Positions 53,353 through 64,000 of a stretch of DNA of 64,000 nucleotides are shown piece by piece. Position 1 is the first letter of the stretch. Each line of letters opens with the position of its first letter. The notes under the pieces were generated by a model that was not told the origin of the DNA, made no database searches, and saw only the letters and a list, made by a program, of their open reading frames with translations. The DNA lies in the NCBI GenBank assembly GCA_964016885.1, contig OZ024747.1, positions 87,296,001 to 87,360,000 of the forward strand, written 5' to 3'. The stretch is from Eledone cirrhosa (Eukaryota). A program made the position numbers and the translations under genes.

Positions 53353-54638
53353 CATGCCTTGCTTTAGACAAGTGATTTAACTACAGCCCCGTCTAGAAAT
53401 TTAGCTAACAATTCAATACCGAAATGATAGCAAAACACTGAGCAGATGAAAGATGAATTGTAAAAGATGTTCCGGACGGGGGAAAGCGAAGAATAGAGAA
53501 GATGCGGAAGAAGATGTTCAAGAGAGGATTTTATCGCAGTTTATAATAACTATTAAACCATGAAATACGCCGTCTTTCATGTTAACCACTAAAATCTTTA
53601 ACCTACATTATAGATAGATAGATAGATAGGTAGACTGATGGATAGATAGATAGACAGAAAGGAGAGGAAGATAGATAGATGACAGTGGAGAGGAGATGGG
53701 TGAGGAGGTACAACCGAGGAGATTTTATTATTACGGTTATTAATTATAGTAAATTTAGAATGAGGCGGGTTTAGTGTGCTTGTACAGGTGTTGGTATGGG
53801 TGGTGCATTGTATATAGTGATAGTAGCAAAGTGGGAGTTATGTTGCAAGGAACGGCGCCTGGAGTGGTGGGGGCATTGTTTGTCAGGATTATAATGAGGT
53901 TATGCAATTGCATATAGTAGGCAAAGGGAGGTTGGGTGAGGAGAGGGAAAGATGCAGAAGGCACGGAGGCAAGGGAGAATGTGCCACACCTACAAAAATA
54001 AATAGGTTATTTTAAAATAAATTTCGTTACACCTCACTCATTCATCCATCAATTATCATGCCAGCCTTTTTACGCCCCTTAAATCTCCACTATTCTACTA
54101 ATCAATAAATAAAAGACTAATTAGTTCCAAGCACAGGTGAAATGGTTTTGCTTCTCTAAGTTTTTTTATGGAGTGGTGTTACTTTTATTTTAGTGATTTA
54201 ATGAAGATTTCTTACAAAATTACGAGGCTCTATAGCTGAACTGTAAATGATTAACCGTTACCCTCACCACCACCACCACCACCACCACCACCATCATCGT
54301 CATCCCAACCATCACCACCACCACCATCATCATCATCATCATAATCATCATATGTAATGCGGCAATTAGGAAGACTAGGGGCCTTCGATTCCATCAGGGG
54401 TTGCGTGGTTGAAATAATGAAATTTACAGCTCACCCATATGCAGGTTTAGCTGGCCTCCTATGAAGTTGTATCTCGTAGGAGGGTTCTCGGGTGTTTTAA
54501 GGATAAAGACCCCAATCCTATAAGATAACAATGATGATAATAGTGTCATCGTTCTAGAAAAAAGTAAATTCTTCGCGTTCCAAACCAAAGTCTGGTTTCA
54601 AATCTCACTCACATTGGTTGAGAGGGCGGACAAAAATA

Positions 54639-54736
54639 CAGTGTTTCCAAAAATGCAGACACACTTCAACAGTATTCTAATAATCATTGCCTGTACAAGT
54701 AATCAAAGTACGTATACATTTTTGGAGGATACGCTG
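54639..54736. mobile_element. Small mariner-like MITE
   Basis: TA-CAGTGTTTCCAAAAATG .. CATTTTTGGAGGATACGCTG-TA, imperfect TIRs. Confidence 0.55.
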
Positions 54737-55544
54737 TATTTTTAAAATTATTACGATTCCCACCTTCCCTCCTCCCATTTTGTTTCTACAAATGTGATGA
54801 GACTTCGTTTTTCTGTATCGAAACGTTATTATGTTATTGCAGCATAAACATCACCATTAGAATTAATCAAACTGCTTCGCGTTGCAATTAACATTCAACT
54901 TGAGTAGTTGAACCATATCGCCACCACTAACACCATCACCACCATCAATCATATCACTATTACTGCTGCCAACATCATCTGCATCGCCAATCGAACACAA
55001 TTAACAACAATTACTAATACCACATTAGCATCAGTAATCAACATCCCTATAGCTATCAACATCGCTATCGTCATCATCATCAGAATCCTCAACCCATCAC
55101 CATCACCACCACCACCAACACCAACAATTACTAGTACAACAACATCAATGTCATCATTAATTCCAGTACGAATTACCAAGTAATTTGCTTTAATTCCTCT
55201 TATGAAAGCAAGCACTAGTACAAACTACTTTAAACATTTAACCTTTCATATTGTTAAGTCAGGTGAAACCACTTCACCTAAAAGAGTCACGATTTCAAGG
55301 TTTATCATAAATTTTGTTTATTTTATTATTGTTATTAGACACCAAATTACTGATCTAATTAAGCGGCAGTTTATGAGCCAGTCATCAACAACCGGTGATA
55401 GGGCTCTCTGAAGAGTATAGGTATAGTAGAGAATTAAGCAGTGTAGAAAATTAGACTAGAGAAGGAACTAATGGTCAACTTAGAAGAGGCCATTATGAAA
55501 GGTATCACGATTAGCAGCGAGAATAGCCCTCGACCATTTTTTTT

Positions 55545-56130
55545 TTTTCAATGTGAAACACCAAAGTCGCATCATCAGAGCAAAGGCACGTGGGCTAACA
55601 CGAATGGAAGAGGCACGAAGTGGTAACGAAGCCGCGATTCGGTCTTTGATGGACCGAGACGAGTGCATGCTAATCAGCCCCAACCGGATTCATGTGGCCT
55701 TTCAGCGGCACTTTGCTCAACTGTTCGGTACAAGCGATGGGTTATCGGAAATGGTGGCGGACTTCAGCGACTCGCTCGTCGACATGCCGCGACTATCAGC
55801 CAGCGAAAGTAACCATATGCTGCACTTGGCCGATAACAGCTGCCGGGATACGGAAGGTGGTGAGTAGTTGCACGAGACAAGTTTGGATAGTCTACCCTAG
55901 GAACTTTACGACTTTATGCCAGACGTCTTCGGTGATCTCAGGCCAGATATCTACCACACCTGGCAGCCGAAGAGAACAATTCCCAGGTCCGTGAGCTAGG
56001 GTGTATTAACGCCGCTGAGAAAAAAAACACGCCAACATGGAGGACACGTTAAATAAATTCTAGCCCATAATTCTGCTATATGCCGAGTTTCAAATGTTGA
56101 CCAAAGTTGGCGCTTGTGGTGGTGTGGATG
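55545..56130 (+). pseudogene. Decayed Tx1/L1-like ORF2 fragment (linker + RT N-terminus)
   Basis: AFQRHFAQLF, LDSLP*ELY..MPDVFGD, PIILLYAEFQMLTK with stops and frameshifts. Confidence 0.7.
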
Positions 56131-56229
56131 GAAATCACAAATGTACACGATACCGAACCGAACATGTCTATCGACGGCAACCTCTACTTCATGTGTATGT
56201 GCGCATGCATGCGAGTATATGTGTATATG

Positions 56230-56309
<80 letters not shown>

Positions 56310-56543
56310 TATATATATGTATATATATATATATCAGTGCGTGAGTTTGTATGTGTACATGTATGTCTGTATTTTTCTATATTTATCCTTAAGAATCCTC
56401 TGAACTTACTTAAAGAATGTTCTTCCCTCTCCCGTAACCCCACATCGGACACGCTAACCTACTACTCCATACCTGACTTTAATCATATCCCTCCACCACT
56501 ACCCACTATGAAGCTTATAAATACCAATGACATTATATCAACT

Positions 56544-56595
56544 GGCATTCCTGATTATTTCATACGAATGAAACAGTTCTACTCCCGTAGATGCC
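56544..56595 (+). ncRNA. Decayed type-I HHR; related 3' half at about 26610-26640
   Basis: ggcattc-CTGATTA-tttcatacgaat-GAAACAG..CCGTA-gatgcc. Confidence 0.45.
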
Positions 56596-56627
56596 TTTTC
56601 TATGTCAAATCTTCGTTACACACACAC

Positions 56628-56685
<58 letters not shown>

Positions 56686-56724
56686 CGACAGTGAGGTCAT
56701 TATACTGTGTTGTTTATTATACAT

Positions 56725-56790
<66 letters not shown>

Positions 56791-56826
56791 ATGTATAATA
56801 AACAACACAGTATAATGACCTCACTG

Positions 56827-56940
<114 letters not shown>

Positions 56941-57460
56941 TATTTGGGGAGGGTCATATTTGCGTAATATTGCCAGAATTAATAACAGAACACACTCACT
57001 GTTTGGTTGGTTTTCGCTTCTCGCTGTCTTTTATATATATATATCTGCGATCTAACTTACTCGGTCCTCAATGTTGCCATTGACTGACCGGCGGTCAAAA
57101 ATAATACAGATACAATATAGACACAAACACATATATATAGTTTACATAATTTACATAAATCTTTCGTTGCACATCTGCAACATCGTCAGTGATGTTATAT
57201 TCATTGTTCCTCCTGTTGTGTTGTATGTCTACGCCATTTTTTTTTTTGTTCAGTCTGTCTATATATTTATTTATTTATTTGCTTGTTTGTTTATCTTATT
57301 TTATTTTGTCTTCTTTGCGCATGCGTTTGCGTGTGTGTATAGTGTTATGTGTGATGTGTGACTAGTGTGTAAAGTGTTGTGTCTGCTGGGTGACTAGTGT
57401 GTGTTTATGTGCTTGTGTATGTATTTATTTATCTTATTTTATTTAATTTTATTTACTTAT

Positions 57461-58036
57461 TTATACTTCTCTTAGGTCAGTGTTGTTTGTTTGGGTGTTG
57501 TTGTTGTTGTTCCACTCATTCTTTCTGTTTAGCTTTGGTCTTCTAATTTCTATTTCACTGGCCTCTCTGATTTGCCTATCTGCTGGGTCATTCCTATGTT
57601 TAGATATTATTCTAATTTCTATGTTGTCTATGTTACCGTCATGTTGTTGTCTAGCATGTTCGTATAGTACTGACCCGTTTTTTCGTCCTTTTAGTTCCCC
57701 CCAGTGTTGGTCTATCCTTTCACCTATGCTACGAGCTGTCTCACCTATGTATGTTGTTGTCATGTTTCTGCAAGTACCCTCTGTACATCTTATGCTATAG
57801 ACTACGTTTCTAGTTTTACAGTTTATCCGGGGGTTCACCTTACAAATGATACATTTCCTATTGGTACAGTGGGTTTTCTTAAAAGGGTAGGTTTTGCTGA
57901 TCAGGGATTTTATGGTGGTTCCTGGCTTTTCTACCACCTTTATTTTTAAGTGGGTCTTTCTCAGGGCCTTTCTACACTGGTTAGCTAATTTCCCTCCAGG
58001 GGTGGCGTCCACAAACATGACACTCTGATATCTCTG
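57461..58036 (-). CDS. Inverted duplicate of the GIY-YIG region of the same PLE
   Basis: Same protein as the C-terminus of 58088..59884 except KPGT vs KSGT. Confidence 0.85.
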   Translation of the reverse strand, partial: QRYQSVMFVDATPGGKLANQCRKALRKTHLKIKVVEKPGTTIKSLISKTYPFKKTHCTNRKCIICKVNPRINCKTRNVVYSIRCTEGTCRNMTTTYIGETARSIGERIDQHWGELKGRKNGSVLYEHARQQHDGNIDNIEIRIISKHRNDPADRQIREASEIEIRRPKLNRKNEWNNNNNTQTNNTDLREV

Positions 58037-59884
58037 ATATGCGGAGCTAATATAGCTAGCAACTACAGGATCTCCTACTTCCTCTCAATGGTTATACGCC
58101 CCATAATCAAGATGTCCCCAGATGTATGTGAAAGTACAGAAGACCTCCTCAGCAGAATCAGTGAGTGCAACAAAAACAGGAGCCTATCCAACTGCATAAT
58201 AGGCAGCATGGATGTGGTGTCACTGTACCCATCCATTAACATTGATTTTGCTGTGAAAAGATGTGTGGAGATGATCATTGAGAGTGAGGTGGAGTTCTGC
58301 GACGTCGACACAGACGAACTGGGCCTCCTACTTAGACTTACCTACGACACTGACTACCTAGACAGCCATGACCTTAGATGTTTCTGCCCTAGTAGACCTA
58401 TAAGAGGTAGACCCCCCACCATAACCTCAATGGCTAAAAAGACTCCCATAGGAAGGTGGATTGGGTGGACCAAAGCTATACGGACCCCCCAAAACACTGA
58501 TCAAGTAAGAAAAATGGTCGCACATGCAATAGGGGCTAGTATCAAAACTACCCTAAAGGGCCACATATTTAAGTTCAATGAGAAAATCTACACCCAAAAT
58601 GAGGGAGCAGCCATCGGCGTCAGCATAGCTGGTGATGTTGCCAACCTTTTCATGGTATGGTGGGAAAGGAGACTTAAAGATCTCCTTAATGAAAGCTCCA
58701 TAGACCTCATCATGTTCTCTCGTTATGTAGACGATATCAATATAGTTATAAGAACACCCCCACTAGAGAGCACTAACAAGTTTGATTTAGAACGTAACAC
58801 GATGGAAAGCATCCAGCAGATAGCTAATTCCATACACCAGAGTATAACTGTAACTATAGACTTCCCTTCCAAACACCCTAACAATAGACTACCTGTATTA
58901 GACACAGAACTCTGGATTAACACTATAGACGAGAGAGCCCAAATTCTCCACTCACACTATGCTAAACCCATGGCCTCCAAATACCTGATACTCAAAAACT
59001 CAGCAATGTCCAGTAGTGCTAAGTTTAATATTCTGATCGCAGATTTGGTACGAGTGATGAAGAATGTGTCCAGCATGTGCGACCCAACAGAAATGGAAGG
59101 ACACATCCAACACTTCATCAACCGCATGCAGTTCTCTGGCTACAACCAAAGAGACAGAGTCAGAGTATACGAAGGAGCCATGGAAAAGTATAAGACCCTC
59201 ATAGAACTGGACATGAAAGGAATTTGCCCACTATACAGGAGCAAATCATGGAATAGCTTAGATAGGGCTAGACATAAGATAGGGAAGGCCACATCATGGT
59301 ACGACAACCAGAGATATCAGAGTGTCATGTTTGTGGACGCCACCCCTGGAGGGAAATTAGCTAACCAGTGTAGAAAGGCCCTGAGAAAGACCCACTTAAA
59401 AATAAAGGTGGTAGAAAAGTCAGGAACCACCATAAAATCCCTGATCAGCAAAACCTACCCTTTTAAGAAAACCCACTGTACCAATAGGAAATGTATCATT
59501 TGTAAGGTGAACCCCCGGATAAACTGTAAAACTAGAAACGTAGTCTATAGCATAAGATGTACAGAGGGTACTTGCAGAAACATGACAACAACATACATAG
59601 GTGAGACAGCTCGTAGCATAGGTGAAAGGATAGACCAACACTGGGGGGAACTAAAAGGACGAAAAAACGGGTCAGTACTATACGAACATGCTAGACAACA
59701 ACATGACGGTAACATAGACAACATAGAAATTAGAATAATATCTAAACATAGGAATGACCCAGCAGATAGGCAAATCAGAGAGGCCAGTGAAATAGAAATT
59801 AGAAGACCAAAGCTAAACAGAAAGAATGAGTGGAACAACAACAACAACACCCAAACAAACAACACTGACCTAAGAGAAGTATAA
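58037..59884 (+). CDS. PLE RT + GIY-YIG endonuclease, open from the inversion junction (RT motif 2) to the stop
   Basis: ICGA.., SMDVVSLYPSI, GAAIG, RYVDD, LPVLD, HYAKPMAS, VVYSIRC..C..TYIGETARS..R..QH. Confidence 0.92.
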   Translation: MCGANIASNYRISYFLSMVIRPIIKMSPDVCESTEDLLSRISECNKNRSLSNCIIGSMDVVSLYPSINIDFAVKRCVEMIIESEVEFCDVDTDELGLLLRLTYDTDYLDSHDLRCFCPSRPIRGRPPTITSMAKKTPIGRWIGWTKAIRTPQNTDQVRKMVAHAIGASIKTTLKGHIFKFNEKIYTQNEGAAIGVSIAGDVANLFMVWWERRLKDLLNESSIDLIMFSRYVDDINIVIRTPPLESTNKFDLERNTMESIQQIANSIHQSITVTIDFPSKHPNNRLPVLDTELWINTIDERAQILHSHYAKPMASKYLILKNSAMSSSAKFNILIADLVRVMKNVSSMCDPTEMEGHIQHFINRMQFSGYNQRDRVRVYEGAMEKYKTLIELDMKGICPLYRSKSWNSLDRARHKIGKATSWYDNQRYQSVMFVDATPGGKLANQCRKALRKTHLKIKVVEKSGTTIKSLISKTYPFKKTHCTNRKCIICKVNPRINCKTRNVVYSIRCTEGTCRNMTTTYIGETARSIGERIDQHWGELKGRKNGSVLYEHARQQHDGNIDNIEIRIISKHRNDPADRQIREASEIEIRRPKLNRKNEWNNNNNTQTNNTDLREV

Positions 59885-60146
59885 ATAAGTAAATAAAATA
59901 AAATAAAATAAGATAAATAAATACATACACAAGCACATAAACACACACTAGTCACCCAGCAGACACAACACTATACACACTAGTCACACATCACACATAA
60001 CACTATACACACACGCAAACGCATGCGCAAAGAAGACAAAATAAAATAAGATAAACAAACAAGCAAATAAATAAATAAATATATAGACAGACTGAACAAA
60101 AAAAAATGGCGTAGACATACAACACAACAGGAGGAACAATGAATAT

Positions 60147-60192
60147 AACACCACTGACGATGTTGCAGATGTGCAACGAAAGATTTATGTAA
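60147..60192 (+). ncRNA. Candidate HHR in the PLE 3' repeat (mirror at about 57151-57196, minus strand)
   Basis: CTGACGA-t gttgca gatg tgcaac-GAAAGATTTA; stems I and III weak. Confidence 0.45.
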
Positions 60193-60465
60193 ATTATGTA
60201 AACTATATATATGTGTTTGTGTCTATATTGTATCTGTATTATTTTTGACCGCCGGTCAGTCAATGGCAACATTGAGGACCGAGTAAGTTAGATCGCAGAT
60301 ATATATATATAAAAAACAGCGAGAAGCGAAAACCAACCAAACAGTGAGTGTGTTCTGTTATTAATTCTGGCAATATTACGCAAATATGACCCTCCCCAAA
60401 TATAACAATATCTGTTTCGACACACGATTTCATATAAAAAACCTCGCAAAACTAATTCATCGCCG

Positions 60466-60510
<45 letters not shown>

Positions 60511-60546
60511 ATGTATAATAAACAACACAGTATAATGACCTCACTG

Positions 60547-60609
<63 letters not shown>

Positions 60610-60964
60610 TGATTTGCATCAAATCCTATCTGATTGCATCTAATCCAAGATTTCACACAAACCGGATATTGGCAAAGATCCGAGGTTATATTCTTTTATC
60701 ACCCGCTGTTTATGTTATGTCAATAAATGATGTACCACAGGATAGCTAGGTGTGCCGGGAAAATCTTTAATATATTAATTGAAGATACACATATATATAT
60801 ATATATTTATACACAAGTATAGACATACATATGAGGGAGTCCAACCAATACCAGTTTTGCTCAATGACGGAATTAATAAAAATCAATTTATCAGAGCATA
60901 ATAAAATTATATGTGGGAAAAGTAAACAAGATAAGAAAGACATGTTTACATATTTATTTTGATG

Positions 60965-61046
60965 TCCAGACTATTACAATTTCGCTGAGTAATAAACAGT
61001 AATCTGAGTATCTTAGTACTGTGAGAAATCTCAGCTCATCAGGGAA
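60965..61046 (-). ncRNA. Type-I HHR in a TA-flanked remnant (60831-61065)
   Basis: ttcc-CTGATGA-gctgag..ctcagc-GAAATTG taa TAGTC-tgga. Confidence 0.6.
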
Positions 61047-61710
61047 TTATGAAACATTCTTCCGATATATATATAGATATATATATATATATATATATAA
61101 TAGTAAAAATCCATCTTGATTTTGATGAGAAGAAGTAAGAGATGTCAGTTTCAACCTCTTTGGGGATTTTAAGTCCATAATTCATTTCTTTATGCACTGT
61201 GCCGAGATTTTAAAAAAAAACGAGATAGTGGCAGTGGGAACGAATTTGACAAAAATTATGCTCGAGCGTGGCTGATGTTGGATTAACCAATAACAATGGG
61301 TGTTCAGAAATAACGGAGAATGGAGAAAGCACAGCATGCTCACACTAACACATTGTACTCTACACATTAATCACTGCATGTCAGAATACACAGTATAATC
61401 ATCACCTAGGCAGAGGTGGGGTATATTTTGACCGATGGATCTCTGGATCGCACCAAATTCTCGCCCACTACCAATGTGCCACAGGTTTTCTGGATCAACG
61501 GTGATCTGCGGTTCAACGACAAAAACTTATAGTAAACTAGAGAAAATAATAATTGAGACTTTCGGAGAGGCTTCATTTATTATAAACAAAAAGACATAGA
61601 AGAAAAACATGAACTTAACTTTTTTTCTTCTTTATCTCAACGTTTTGGTTTTAAATATTATCTGAAATTATTTCAATGCCCGGATCAGATCATAACAAAT
61701 AAATAAATAA

Positions 61711-61762
<52 letters not shown>

Positions 61763-62261
61763 GTAGATAAATAAATAAATGCATGCATGAATGAATAAGA
61801 TAAAATATAATATATTCAGACAGCCTGAGAGCTATTAAGATCTGCTTGCGGCTAAAGGACCACAAGTTTCACAACTCCCACATTTAGTGATATCTGGAAA
61901 CATGGCTCTTTGATATGATGATACTATTACCATGTCGATGTACTATTCAGCCACCAAATGACGTACTATTCATCTGCTTTACTTACTATTCATATTACAA
62001 TTCACGTGTGAGAAGTATGAATGAACTCATCACTGGCTTTAATGAATGTCTTTTTTTACAGAGGACGTGGGCGGCTTACGTTAGTTACTTACTACTACAA
62101 CTGCTGCTGATGCTGCTGATGATGATGATGATGGTGATGCAGATGATGATGATGATGGTGGTGGCGGTGGTGGTGGAGATAATAATGATATTACGCGATT
62201 AACAACACTATTAACATCCTGCCATTACCACTAATGCAATTGATAACATCCATGAATACGG

Positions 62262-63313
<1,052 letters not shown>

Positions 63314-63411
63314 CTCCCAGTAATTTATTATGCATCCCTAATAATGCTGATTACACCTACTTAACACCAGCACTAATATTGCTTCTGTGTGTGTGTGTGT
63401 GTGTGCGTGTG

Positions 63412-63454
<43 letters not shown>

Positions 63455-63493
63455 GTGTGTGCGTGTGTGTGTGTGTGTGTGCGTGTGTGTGTG

Positions 63494-63526
<33 letters not shown>

Positions 63527-63615
63527 TCGTTTATATGCTGACAGATATATAGAACGAAAATAGATAGAAAACGAAATAGAAAAAAAATACACAGAAAAAC
63601 CATTTTACTCATGCA

Positions 63616-63700
<85 letters not shown>

Positions 63701-63705
63701 ATATA

Positions 63706-63736
<31 letters not shown>

Positions 63737-63778
63737 ACTAATATTGCTTCTGGTGTTGCAACACCACCACAGATTTAT

Positions 63779-63809
<31 letters not shown>

Positions 63810-64000
63810 AACTACTGCTGCTGTTGTTGCTACTGCTGCTGTTGGTGCTGCTGCTACTACTACTTCACCCACACAAACATAGCTACAACCTACCACCACT
63901 ATCACTACTACCACCACCACCACAACTACTACTACAAATACACCCCCACAATTCAAGATAACAAGCGGAAATTGAAGGGAGTTGGTGGGGTGGTGCCGGG

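Overview
AT-rich, microsatellite-saturated eukaryotic DNA, intergenic or intronic. The tRNA-derived SINE families resemble octopus/cephalopod SINEs (inference from recognition, not a search). I found no supportable host gene: nearly all listed ORFs are translations of simple repeats. The real coding remnants are retrotransposons: an R4/Dong-type RLE LINE in (TAA)n, Tx1/L1-type LINE pieces, RTE pieces, and two Penelope-like elements (PLEs, RT + GIY-YIG), each with an inverted copy of its 3' end. There are also MITEs, non-autonomous Helitrons and about 8 kb of minisatellites (37.8-45.6 kb). The most interesting signal is a (TA)n-resident population of PLE-type fold-back micro-elements. Many carry type-I hammerhead ribozyme (HHR) motifs, including a U3-A8 core variant and a 541-bp ORF-less retrozyme-like unit. 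They share an architecture of two head-to-head arms with only one carrying a 3' tail. RNA folds were read by eye and are untested.
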